A stretch of DNA of 64,000 nucleotides from Antedon mediterranea (Eukaryota; Animalia; Echinodermata): positions 20,556,912 to 20,620,911 of the forward strand of contig NC_092675.1 of NCBI RefSeq assembly GCF_964355755.1. Reading direction: 5' to 3'. The position numbers and the translations under genes were made by a program. This document shows positions 1 through 26,101 of this stretch, piece after piece (within the stretch, counting starts at the first letter, position 1; every line of letters begins with the position of its first letter). A model generated the notes under the pieces. It was not told the DNA's origin. It saw nothing but the letters and a program-made list of their open reading frames with translations, and searched no databases.

Positions 1-284
1 ACATTCACCTTTATATGACATCAGCGTTGAACAAGAATGACGTCAAAGCTATTGGTCTGCACATGGCACTTGATCTGTTACATAAGAAGAGCAATAGAGA
101 CACCATCACGGGACTGATGACGCGGACGCAGCCAGGAAAACCTGATTGGAACCAGGTAATAACCGATAAACTGTCGGTGGAAACGGGGTTTAACCGATTC
201 CATGTAAAAAAAAATTAACCGATAATTATCTCATTCAAATCGGATAATTATCGGATAAATGCGATAATTTTTAATCTTTGATCT

Positions 285-386
285 GGATGACAATTTGTGA
301 TTGGGCATCTGGTTGTTTGGTAATCACTACCATATTTGAGCATATCACACTTTTAATCAAACCAGTTTGATAGTGTAGACTTAGCT
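285..386. mobile_element. Degenerate MITE family A copy
   Basis: ATCACTACCATATTTGAGCATATCACAC...AGTTTGATAGTGTAGACTTAGCT. Confidence 0.6.
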
Positions 387-1119
387 TTATTATAAACTAG
401 AGTACTATTAAACTACATATATAGTATACAAACATGGTTAATTACGTTGTACTAATGATTTATTACCATATTTTTCTTCTCCTCATAAATGTGTTTACAG
501 TAGCGATACCATATTATCGGCATATTATATTTCTTATTTATAGGTTTTTACAAATATTCGAAATACAAAACAAGGAAAAGTAACGGTTTTCTTTTGTGGT
601 GTACCAGAACTCGGTGACATCATCAGTAAAAAGAGCTCACAGTTTGGATTCGAATTCAGGAAAGAAAACTTTTAGGAGATGTTTCAATAAATCTTTCAGA
701 CTTTTACTTCTGTGAATAAGTGTCGCTTACTTCTGTGATTAAGTGTCTCTTAAAAAGATATACAAAATATTAAACCAAACTTGTCAAGGAGTAAGATCGC
801 ATCCAGGCTACCGGGGTACACCAGCCATGAAAAGCAACTCAGCACTGTCTCTGACAGTACAAAGTTGTTGCTTAATATCACTAATGCTAACATTTTCTAC
901 CGATTCATTCAGTTTTTTATATATATTTTAAAAGGAACAAACAATACTATACTATACTTATTTTGTACAAATGTACGGTAACTTCTTTAATTTCCAATAT
1001 TTGACGGATACTTCTGACTGATTTCATACACACAATTAGGTTATTCGATTTAGTTTGTTCGGTATTCTAAATCTTAGCAGACCAGATATATGCTCGATTT
1101 CATCGATGCTTAGATTTTA

Positions 1120-1432
1120 TGAAAGTTTGAGCGTATTAGGGAGCTCCTGATTTTGTACATATTCATATTATAAATACTGTATAAAAATTGTAAAACTTAA
1201 GTGAGTTTAAACTTCTGTATTCTGTCTAAAGTATTGTTGAACATTAGGGGTTCTGGAGTCGTCAACATAACAATTTACATATTCATATATGATTGTAAAT
1301 ATATGGTAAATATTGTGAAACTTAAGTAAGTTTGAGCGTCTATATTATTGATTGATGGACATTAGGGGATTATGATTCGGATGTTAACATAACATTTCAC
1401 ATACTGTATTCATATTGTAAATTTGAAAACTT
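1120..1432. repeat. Decayed tandem repeat, units about 120 bp
   Basis: Recurring AAACTTAAGT.AGTTT, ACATTAGGGG and ACATATTCATAT blocks. Confidence 0.55.
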
Positions 1433-2559
1433 GTTATTAGATTATTTTTGTATCGTAATATAGAAACAAAATCGTAGATATACAGAAAAATATCAGGTAG
1501 AAAATCTTGTATTTTTATAAATGTAATATATAAAATAATTTGTACCGCTGTCTAAAATAAATGTATAAACTAATAACAAAACAAATAGACGTATTTCATT
1601 TCAAGCATCTGTCCTGTTTAATTTAATGTAACATTTATATAATTCAAAAGGAAAGAAAGAAAAATATGTTTCGAAGAAATGGTTTTAATTTCTCTTCTGG
1701 ACAATGTATAAACTGGCGATTACAAACTCTTCTTTCATTTCTGTACACAGATTTAGAAGAAGAAGAAGAATTTTGCAAAGTTTGCTACAGTAGTATAGAC
1801 CTGTTTCAAACTTCGGCAAACATTAGTGTAGACCTGTTTCAACTTCGGCAAACTGCAGAGGTTTGCTGAAGTCCACAATAGCAAAGCTTTAGTCTCTAGT
1901 GTATGTAGACCAGTTGAGGATAAAAACTACATAAAACAACAATAACGTTTGAATTGAAAGTCAGAATTACAATTACTAAATAAATTCCAATCATGTTTCC
2001 ATTCAACTATATGAACAAACATCAGTTGGGGTAAGTTAAATGGCTTGATATATTTCATTCAGTAGTCGTGAGATACATACTTTACATTCCATGTTTCATG
2101 TTCTATGATTGAATTGATTCACATTAAGTGAACCACACGTGCACCTTGTAATGTATCCGACCACACTACTTAATCAATCATTTCTATAACATAAAGCAAA
2201 GTTCATATACACCTAATAATGAATCATGAATAACAGGAATGTATATTTGTTTGCACAGACGTTCAATGAATACAACAATTATGATACTTTGTGTGTTTGA
2301 TAAATCATTATTTCTGAAGAACAATAATTAAAATTGTTGTCAAAAAGACAAGCGGCGTTTTTTTTAAAAAGAAATAATTCTTGTTATATTCCTGTTGCTA
2401 TTAAATTAAATGGTTAATACAAGTTTTTTGGCTTTATTTATTATTTATTTAATTTCACTTCTAATAGCAGAGAGCCTATCACTGACAAAATTACAAAGTA
2501 AAGTATGTTATTTGTTGAGGACGGGTAATTGAATAACGTTGCACAATAACTATGTCTAA

Positions 2560-2695
2560 AGCTCTGTCTACACTATCAAACTTTATGTGACAAAAAATGA
2601 TGTGCCCACTCGACATGATGATGTCATATCACTACCACATTTTGGTACATCACACTTTTTTTGTCAAACTAGTTTGATAGTGTAGACAGAGAGCT
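2560..2695. mobile_element. Harbinger-like MITE family A copy
   Basis: AGCTCTGTCTACACTATCAAACT ... AGTTTGATAGTGTAGACAGAG. Confidence 0.8.
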
Positions 2696-3542
2696 ATAAG
2701 ATATATTTTTAGTGTTTTTGCGTAAAAAATAATTGAAAAAACCCCTAAAACTAAGGATAATAATAATAATCCATCACTTCTGGCAAAACGTTTACTCTTG
2801 TCACGATAAAGATGGGTAACCAAATCAACTTCCAAAATTGTATAGGTTGAAAAGTGTCATTTGTACATATGTGATATTGTATTTGATGAATGAGCAACAA
2901 ACAAAAAACAAACAAACAAACCACAGTGTATAAATAAAAACACTTGAACAATCATGTACAAAGTTATTGTCAATCTTATTTAATATTACTTTCAAAATGA
3001 CAGTAAAAATTGATAAAATTATCGCAACAAGTGTACAAAAATGTACACACTTTATTATGTCCACTCATTATGCACACACTATCCACACACATCATGTATT
3101 ATAATGAAACGCAATATTTTCAAGACATTTTTTAAATTCTATGAACCAATAGTTTGTATTGTACTGTATGTTCTGTTGATGTTTATAAAACTGCATTTAC
3201 TTAAAATATTTCTAGACTATAGAAAAGATTTCTAAAAAGGTGATCATAATAAGTTTTGGCTATTATTACAAAATAAGTTGATGCGACATAAAAAGAGGAT
3301 TTAAATATAATTATTTCATCACCAGTCTCTACTTCATTAAATACTTATAAATTATTTTCATCCCAAATTATGTATCTTTTCCCCCCTGATTAAAACAAAA
3401 TGATACTCAGAGAATGCTCACTGTTGATGTTGATCACTGTGATTTAATAATTAATTTATTATTTCTTAGACAGTCATAATATAATATATATTCCTTCCAA
3501 CCCAACATTTTAATTGTATCCAAATATCTTTAAAAACATTTC

Positions 3543-3711
3543 AATAAGTGTCTTCGATAACTCCACAGGGCGCAATATTTAAAAGGTCAATCATGACAAA
3601 AAGTCCGATCTAGGTGCGCAAGTTACATCATTGCGCTAGCCTAGATGAAAATGTTTGTCCCGATTGAGCTTTTAAATATGCTGCCCTCTGCAGTTATCAA
3701 AGTAGCTTATT
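3543..3711. mobile_element. Imperfect palindromic MITE-like element
   Basis: GATAACTCCACAGGGCGCAATATTTAAAAGGTCAATC pairs with GATTGAGCTTTTAAATATGCTGCCCTCTGCAGTTATC; AATAAG/CTTATT ends. Confidence 0.65.
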
Positions 3712-4147
3712 ATTTGCAGCTGTATTATCAATTAGCATGATTTAACTATTAATGATGAAATCTAATATACCACTTGGAATAGTATAGTAGCCATTGTAAA
3801 TTTAGAAATGGGGTTAGTTTCTAAATTGTAATGAACTACATATCAACCTTGAAAGGGTATCGCAGCTCATAGTCATTTCAGTTGGCTTCTGGAATCATTA
3901 GAGGACATGTCACAGCCTTCAATGTGACAACATTTAATAAAAAGACTAATTATATTGGGACCTTAGTGTTGTAATGCATATCACCAATACACTAACCTAC
4001 ACCAAATGTGACCTATGACATGATGCATATGCCAAATGTCACTCTAAAGCAAAGTCATAGATGGTGTTGATAAACAGTTAAAACAATTATGATTTTGGTG
4101 ACAAGAATACAGACAGGAATAATATGTAGCTGACATGGTAGATGACC

Positions 4148-18522
<14,375 letters not shown>

Positions 18523-18793
18523 TAAGCAGCCTTTGTAATGGGCCTAGGCCCTCCTAAACTTAAATTTAAACAGGGTAAGTAACACGATTTTGTTAGCAAG
18601 GGAAATTCGCCGAAAACAACGACATTTTTCGACGGTGTGTAGAGAGAGTGCCGGCATGCATGCCTAGAACTATAGAGGGGGCTATCCAATTCAGATGGCA
18701 ATTTTGTTTGTGTTGTGGCGTTTGTGCTGTACTGGTAGTTTTCTAGAGAATTGGTAGTGCTTAGCCTAGCTGGCTAGCCTAGAAAAAATTAAA
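18523..18793. promoter_or_regulatory. Bidirectional promoter and 5' UTRs shared by DDX46 and FAM32A
   Basis: 271 bp between divergent ATGs; locally CpG-richer than the flanking introns; contains a CAGATGGC (YY1-like) motif and a TATAGAGGGGGC motif. Confidence 0.75.
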
Positions 18794-18864
18794 ATGTCCA
18801 ATCCATACCAAAGTGCTGGAGGAAGTCTTAAACTAAAAGGTGTTTCAGATCACGTCATAAAGAA
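18794..18864 (+). CDS. FAM32A: FAM32A exon 1
   Basis: aaaATG...ATA AAG AA|gtaagt. Confidence 0.92.
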
Positions 18865-21035
18865 GTAAGTCCCAGAGCAATTGTGAATCTATGGAACTCT
18901 ATACCTAATTTAATTATGTTGTTCTTTGCACTCAGTCAGTAAACACATTCAAAAACAACTTTTTGACAGAAATAGGCCTAGTCTAGGCCTATATTTTATT
19001 ATTATAACAAACACTCTGTAATCAACAAAGCGTCTTTATCTTTAAATATGCTACGTCGTGTCAAACATATTCTACCTCGACAGGCTCTCTGTCACATTTA
19101 CATATCACACGTTAGACCATTAATGGAATATGCAGCTCCTGTTTGGTGTAATATCCCAGTTAAATTAAGTGATGAACTAGAAAATATCCAGATTTCTGCA
19201 GGTAGAATATGTACTGGTGCGTGGAAACATACAAGTCATAATGCATTAAGACAAGAATTAGGCTGGTTATCATTGGAAAAACGTAGACAATTTCTTAACC
19301 TAATACTGTTTTTTAAAATTATTCATAAGTTAACACCAGTGTATCTTTACTCCTTATTTAATTTTTCTGACAATATTGAAGTTTATAACTTGCGTAACAT
19401 CCGAAATATAATAATTCCATTTTGTAAGACCACATCATATCGTTTATCTTTTGTCCCATCTATTATAACGAATTGGAATGAGTTAAATAATGAAATAAAA
19501 AATTCCTCATTTCTTGTTGAGTTTAAAAAATTGCTACTGAAATCCAATTTGTTTGAAACAAAAAAACGTTCTTATTATGATACAGGTGATAAGAAGATTA
19601 ACCAAATTCACACTAGAATCCGACTTGGTTTCAGCTGTCTCAATTCGCATTTATTCTTACATGGACTTCGGGACAATCCAAATTGTACTTGTGGCTTTAA
19701 TGTTGAGAATCCGCTTCATTTCTTATGTTACTGCCCTAATTATAATACACAAAGAGATATTCTACTTGTAAGCGCTAACTCAATTATTGAGGATATCTTA
19801 GCCAAGGATTTTTCTTTAACATTTAATTTTACATTTTTAAGTGAAATTTTTATTTTTGGTTCCGATCTTCTTTCGAATTGTGAAAATGCTTTATTATTTT
19901 ATTATGTACAACAATTTCTTGTTAATTCTGGAAGATTTAATTGATGTTTCTGTTAGTTATTTTAAAATGTTGTATTTGTTAATCTGAGGCGCCTTGAAGC
20001 TAAGATGGTTCCATCTTGTAAGGCGCCTCTGTGTAATATACTGAATAAAAAAAAAAAAAAAAAAAAAAAAAAAACACTAAGAGAAGAGTTTTAATATCAC
20101 TAAAGGTAAGGTAGGTAAGTTTAAAAAAAGGACATTGTTAAAAAATGAAGTTCAGCATGCAGCTGTTGTTGTTTTGTGTAACTAACTGTAAGTTCCCGTA
20201 AGTGTAAGGCCTACAAAATGCAATTAAAGATTTGTTCTTGTGATAATATTTACTACTAATATACACTAGGCCCTACCAAATCTTACTGTAAAGCATTATC
20301 AATTTAGAGTGTTAATTTTCATAAATAATAAACATACTTTTAAAGCAATTTTCATGATGATTTTGTCATATTTTTAGAAAGAAGAAAAAAGGTAAGAAGC
20401 TGAAGAAACTAGAGCAACAAGTACCAACAACTGCGCAAGATTCACAGGAAGACGTCCCAACCAAAGTAAAACGAGAAAAAAGAACCCCAGCGGAAATTGC
20501 CTTTGATAGGGTCCAAGAGAAAAGGGTCAGTTATTCACTATTCAGAACATTACTTTGATTACACAGTCTCAACACTGCCATTTATAAACATTTATTCGTT
20601 TAGTAGTATGTAGATATTGATATTTTGTATTTCCAATTCATACTTTATTACATTCAATCATGGAGGAATTATCTAAACAATAATTTGTCCATGATTCAAT
20701 ATTCCAATATACTACTAGCTTATATCAAATTAAGTTTTTACTTCTATTTGCTAAACAGATATTATACTTAACTTTGTACTTGTTTACTTCTTTTTACAGA
20801 AAGCACAGAGAATTTTAGAAAAAGCTCAGAAAAAACACAAAGAAAGAGTTGAGGTAGCAATATTTTATATATATTGTAATTTTTGCTTTTTTGTAAAAGA
20901 AATACATAATCCAGACAGTATTTTTCCACAAAATAATATTTATAATATTTATTGTTATATTTTCAGGAATTTAATCAAAATTTGGACAAGTTATCAGAAC
21001 ATTATGATATTCCCAAAGTCAGTTGGACAAAGTGA
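18794..21035 (+). CDS. FAM32A: Protein FAM32A (spliceosomal C*/P-complex factor), 4 exons, 113 aa
   Basis: Exons 18794-18864, 20378-20525, 20800-20853 and 20967-21035 give MSNPYQSAGGSLKLKGVSDHVIKKKKKKGKK...KRTPAEIAFDRVQEKRKAQRILEKAQKKHKERVEEFNQNLDKLSEHYDIPKVSWTK*. The LKLKG motif and EHYDIPKVSWTK C-terminus are FAM32A hallmarks. Not in the ORF track. Confidence 0.95.
19016..20071 (+). mobile_element. 5'-truncated non-LTR retrotransposon (CR1/L2-group LINE) in FAM32A intron 1
   Basis: Uninterrupted frame 19018-19944 encoding the post-RT C-terminus (VRPLMEYAAPVW, LGWLSLEKRR, SFVPSIITNWNEL, CTC-x8-HFLCYC). It has a 3' UTR stem-loop, AATAAA plus an A-tail of about 28 nt, and a candidate TSD AAACACT (19009-19015 and 20072-20078). 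Confidence 0.9.
20378..20525 (+). CDS. FAM32A: FAM32A exon 2
   Basis: tttttag|A AAG AAG...GAG AAA AGG|gtcagt. Confidence 0.92.
20800..20853 (+). CDS. FAM32A: FAM32A exon 3
   Basis: tttttacag|KAQRILEKAQKKHKERVE|gtagc. Confidence 0.92.
20967..21035 (+). CDS. FAM32A: FAM32A exon 4 (terminal coding part)
   Basis: ttttcag|EFNQNLDKLSEHYDIPKVSWTK-TGA. Confidence 0.94.
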   Translation, partial: EFNQNLDKLSEHYDIPKVSWTK

Positions 21036-21610
21036 AACAACTCATCATCAAATTGCGGTCTCCAGATTTTTTATATTTATTGTAGTCTCATTACAATAAT
21101 GGAAAGCTGCATAAGCAAGGGCCTGAGATATTGATATATAGATAGAAAAGTGTACCATATAATTGTGTTTAAAAAGAAACATTCAGATGTCTGCAACAGA
21201 TAATAATTATTCTAATGTACAGTAAAGATGGTTACAATTATCTATCTATTAATTAATTGCTTTATTTTCGATTTAATATGAACTCTAAAATCCCATCATT
21301 AAAGACAGTTAATGAGGTTTCAGAGATATGTCTTAGGGGAGGAGATCCAGAATTGATAAACCACTAGCAACAAAATGGTCTAAAGAAACTTTAAACATTT
21401 TAAGGTCTTTACAATATGGCAATTCTGAACCATTTTTATGTTAAAAATTCACTGAAAATAGATCAGTAATATTTGGTTGATGGTTTGTAAATCTCATTTG
21501 TTTAAATATTTAGTACAGTACAATGTAATCTGGTTCGGTTTTATTTAAGACATATTAATAGGTTGTACTAATAATGTATTTACTGTCTGGATTATGTATT
21601 TCTGGTTGTA

Positions 21611-21616
21611 AATAAA
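21611..21616 (+). terminator. Candidate FAM32A polyadenylation signal
   Basis: AATAAA about 580 nt after the stop codon, followed by T- and GT-rich sequence. Confidence 0.45.
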
Positions 21617-21829
21617 TGCACTTGTAGAATCCAAATTTAATTTTTTATTAAATTTATCAATAGATTGTGTGTTTAGTGACCTTTTCTTATTTAATTTATA
21701 TGCATATAAAAAACTTTCAATCTAAATCTTATCTTTTAATATAAATATTTTAAGCTTCATGATAAATAAGCAACGATATAATATAGCCGGCTTACATATC
21801 TCTGTAATTAAATAAGTGAAAACTTTTAA

Positions 21830-22048
21830 ATTAACGCACATGCGCCCTCTATATCATTTTCTTTCGCTTGAACAGTAGTTGAACAACAGAAGATTGTAAA
21901 CAAGTTTAGTTTGTGGTAGCAGTACTTACGATCGAATGAACAACGGAAATTGTTAGATTTTTACGCACGATTTAAATCGTTAGATGCTGTGTGGACTGCA
22001 TTCTTCATAAACATCCTAGCAGGTTCTCTGTTTTACCAAGAGATTATC
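21830..22048 (+). promoter_or_regulatory. Putative promoter and 5' UTR of the signal-peptide gene
   Basis: Local CpG enrichment, CGCACATGCGC (NRF1-like) and GCGCCCTCTATA motifs upstream of the candidate exon. Confidence 0.4.
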
Positions 22049-22109
22049 ATGTACCGACAATTTAATGGACATTTTGTTTGGATTTTCATGACCATCATCA
22101 TCGTGTCAG
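22049..22109 (+). CDS. Probable first coding exon (signal peptide) of an unidentified secreted or membrane protein gene
   Basis: atcATG MYRQFNGHFVWIFMTIIIVS G|gtaagc. Basic n-region, hydrophobic h-region, strong donor and a phase-1 intron (typical after signal-peptide exons), downstream of a CpG-containing promoter-like stretch. No second exon recognised in the window. Confidence 0.6.
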
Positions 22110-24959
22110 GTAAGCGATACCGTTTTAAGCCCGTTACCACCAGAACTTGAGAAGAGTGTCAGGTTCTTTAGCCTAGCCATGTGAGAGTTGTTGCTTAGGT
22201 ATTTTTCCAGGTCACTTAACATGATAATTGTTCATAAAACGTGTTTTTAATCATATTTATTAATACAATAGAATCGATTAGCACCCGTTTTTAAAATTAG
22301 TATAGTAAATGAAGTAATAAATCAATCGAAAATCAAAGAAAACTTTTTCGTGAACTTCACTTTCTGAGCAACCATTGAGTATGGGGAAAGGCAATGCAAA
22401 TTAATTGAACAGTCCGACATTAACATGCATATGCATTATACACCCCTCCCCCTCCCCCCTCACTCCTCGAAATATAGTAATAAATATACCAGGGCAGTAG
22501 GGGTCAACAGCAGTCTTTTGACACCAATGAGAATATCTTGATTCTCTTTATAAACCACTCTTTTGCTCAACAATACAAGCCTCGGGCATAATACTATGTC
22601 TGTCCTATTTTTGTTGTGTATCTTTCAGTCGTTTTGGAAAAAACGCATTTAAATTTCAAAAAATAAAAAATCATTTAAACATTATTAAATATTAAAACAA
22701 TGTAATATTATTAAGTTTTTGTGTTATAAACACATTAATTCAACTTAGTGGTAAGAATATTTTATGCATATTATTGGTATGATTATTGGCTCAATTGTCC
22801 TTTACTGTATATATAAATTCATAAACTTTTTGATAAACTTATTTAGAATATAGTATTAAAACAAATTTCAGTCAATCATTCTCCCTACAGTAGGGCCTGT
22901 TTCTGCGAATATTATAAACCATAATAAATTACCCCAAGTTTTTTTGGAAGGAAATAAAATGTTATAATGTTGTTAAGTCAAACTACCATCATTTTGAATG
23001 CCTGAGCACATTGGATTTCAATGGTGAAATTTGGTATACAGTAATATAAATAAATTGTTTTTTTTACTAATTTCAAATAAAGTTACTCAGCAGACTGAAG
23101 CTAGTTGAAGTTTACACTCTTTCGTGGCACTTATCCTACAGTAATCCTAACTCGAAGTTAAATATATATAACTTTACAATTATAAGGAAAAACTAAAGTA
23201 TTTATCCCCTGATTGTACTGAACTTTTGTCACTGTATCGATTGACAACGTATGTCATGTGTGCTTTCATTGGAACATGCGCTGCGTTACATGTCGTAACT
23301 AAGAGCAACCTACTTTAGCTTATTATGCATTCATTATCTGTCGTAATAGTTATTAGTCTCTACCTAGTTAATATCTAAAATGACTAATTCGTTTGCAGGA
23401 TTTTTGTTAAGGATCAAGGTAAAGCAAACATGTAGCTAAAAAGATTTGACAGTCAGGAGACCTGTAGAAAAATAAGGGAAACCATTTGTTTGTTATGCAT
23501 GATTTTAGAAAGCTTCTAGTCTAGGCTTAGAACCAAAAAAACCAAACCAAAATATCTTTGCCTGTCTCTTCGTTTCTGCCTTAATTGCAAAACAAAAAAC
23601 ATATTGACATATAGCACATATAAATCTGTCTAATTGATTTGAGAAGTGCTTGGTTCGAATCTTGTCAAAGCCAAAAAGAAAAAAACATTTTTGTAATTGT
23701 AATTTATCAGATTATTTTCAACTTTGTTATTAATTTGTGATTTCAGCATAAATCTTGTATACTATTTACTTCATAAAGTAGATAATTATATAATCATTAT
23801 ACAATACATAGGTAGTGATACTAGAGTACCCAGGGAAGACTGAATTATATTTCTGTTTTTAAACCATTAGCATTCTCAAACTTTGTTATTTGATGAGAAG
23901 AATCAAACAAACCAGTAGCTATTGTTTACACAGTAAACAACCTATCCATTATTTTGTCTGAATTGTTGTTTGGTTTTAAGTACATATTGGTGTAACATTT
24001 TAAATATTCCTTTGACAAAAGCAATGATGTACACAGTATTGGATTGCAAGAAATGGGCAGGTTAACATTCACAGTACACAACTACAAAATAAACCAAATA
24101 TTATAAGATTAATCATGGTATTTTTTAGATATTAAAGATATCGTTGCCATCTTATTATTATCTAGGCGCTTTCCCCTCCCCACCTCCCTCTTTCTGAAAT
24201 TACAATGCAAAATATAGGACATCAGGTTGAGCTACTGTAAGCACAATTTTAAATTTTTTTAGTCCCCCTACTTCCCCCGCCCTCAATATCGTGGATCCGA
24301 CGTTGGCTGTCTTCTAATTATCAAATTTTAAAGTAAAGATGATACTGTATATAATTAAATGATTACTATATTTTTAGGCATGAAGTGTGCCAGAGTCATT
24401 GGACCGCCCACTGATAAAATATCTACGATAAGTGTAGACAAAAGAACCTGTGGAGAAGTTTAGGAAATTAGCCTAGAAGCTAAACCATAGGAATTTCAAC
24501 TAGATTGTCGTCATTTAAGATACGAACCAAGATTTAATAATCTACTAGCTTGCCTATGATTCATAGATTAAAAATATAATAAAATAAACCAATGAAATTT
24601 GTGATGTTTTAAAAATAATAATAATGTTTATTGAAAGTGTTGCTTGTTATGTGGTAGTAAACATACGTTTTTTCATTAGAGGTTTTACCATACAGTAGTA
24701 ATTTAATTATAAATAGGCTAAATGGTTATGATAATAATAAATAAGAAAATTATAATTATTATTTTTATATATAATAAATAATATAATTTATATTACAAAC
24801 ACAACAACTAAATATTAATACAGAACTAATAGTGTAAAGTTTTAATTTTAAAGCTATTGAATAAAAAAAACAAGACAAAAATGACAAAACATTATTAATG
24901 CAGGTACATATTAAAAGTAAATAAAGATGTGTCCTTTATTATCATACAAATGTAACCAG

Positions 24960-25510
24960 CATATAAAAGTTTAAATGATTTCCATTTATGAAAAAAAGTA
25001 CTGCATGTCCTTGATACTGTATGGACATAAAAGATGAATTCATAAACATTTAATAACTACTTTTGTGAGAATATTAATATTTCCATTTATGAAAAAAAAA
25101 TAAGTCTGGTCTTTAATCACATGAACATATGAATTCATAAACAACTCGGATGAATATTAATATTTCTATCAATGAAAACGAAAAGTACTGGTCCTAGTTC
25201 AACAATGAAAATTTCATAAACATATATTGAAATTCTTTTGATATTTATATAAAATATTCCTAGAGTAGTAATCGAGAGAATAGTGGTTAGTATCAATATG
25301 TTAATTTTCACTAAATTAAGATTAAAACTGGTTCTAGTTCAACAATGAAAATTTCATAAACATTACATGTAATTGAATTTCTATTATTCATATAATAATA
25401 TATTCCTATTATATATTTCTAAGTACTTCGGGCAATATTATGAGTTGTTAATTTTCACTAAACGAAAGTACAGCTGGCCCTAGCTCAACAATGGATATCA
25501 TATTTTGTAA
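24960..25510. repeat. Decayed tandem repeat, units about 100-150 bp
   Basis: Recurring ATTTCCATTTATGAAAAAAA, CTGGTCCTAGTTCAACAATGAAAATTTCATAAA and GTTAATTTTCACTAAA blocks. Confidence 0.6.
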
Positions 25511-25927
25511 ACATTAATTTTTATGTAATTAAATTATTCACAATATTATAAATACAGTAGAACCTGAAAAACTTTCTATTTCTAAGTGCAGATCAATTAT
25601 TGATTTAGATTAATGACTAATAAATAAATATAGATTTTATATTGTACTTATTGTAATAGATTAGAAAACTAGGTTAAGATCACAGTAAATTTGCTTATAA
25701 TTGATAATCAGTAGTTATATATTTAAAGGTGTCTTTGTCTATTACTGTCCAATATCCCCACCCACAAATGATGAACTTTAAAACTAGTTTGATAAAAGTG
25801 AAAATGAAAATAATTTCATTTTGAAGAAATATTGATTGATTATCTTTGTATAATTTTTTTTCTCACTTTCTTTGTTTGATTTTGTGCTAAAAAATGTAAT
25901 AAACCACAGAATTTGACAGTTGATTTA

Positions 25928-26101
25928 TATAAAAACCGAATAAAACAAAAAAGAAAATAATTAAACCTGCATCTTTCCTATTGTGAGGAAAGGGGAAATA
26001 AAATATTTGTATAAAAAACGAATAAAACAAAAAAGAAAATAATTGAACCTGCATCTTTCTTATTTAGTATTATTGTGAGGAAAGGGGGAAATAAAATATT
26101 T
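25928..26101. repeat. Local tandem duplication, unit about 82-92 bp
   Basis: CGAATAAAACAAAAAAGAAAATAATT.AACCTGCATCTTTC...ATTGTGAGGAA.GGGGAAATAAAATATTT occurs twice. Confidence 0.85.

Noticed and set aside
15-270. 67-aa ORF at the window start
   Set aside because: No recognisable protein. The region has CGATAA repeats and a GTGGAAACGGGGTT Harbinger-like end, so it is probably a truncated transposon terminus that cannot be delimited here.
19048-19944. 298-aa ORF as an independent or nested host gene
   Set aside because: It is the C-terminal part of a LINE ORF2 (poly(A) tail, TSD, frame continues upstream of the ATG to the truncation point).
23399-23418. Possible 20-nt microexon (tttgcag|...|gtaaag)
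   Set aside because: Short pyrimidine tract, moderate donor and no protein support.
23640-23675. GGTTCGAATC B-box motif (similar ones at about 29745, 32410 and 45845) as tRNA genes
   Set aside because: No complete cloverleaf or acceptor stem; SINE-like remnants only.
24379-24465. Possible exon 2 of the signal-peptide gene (tttttag|GC ATG AAG TGT...)
   Set aside because: The in-phase frame reaches TAG without a credible donor.
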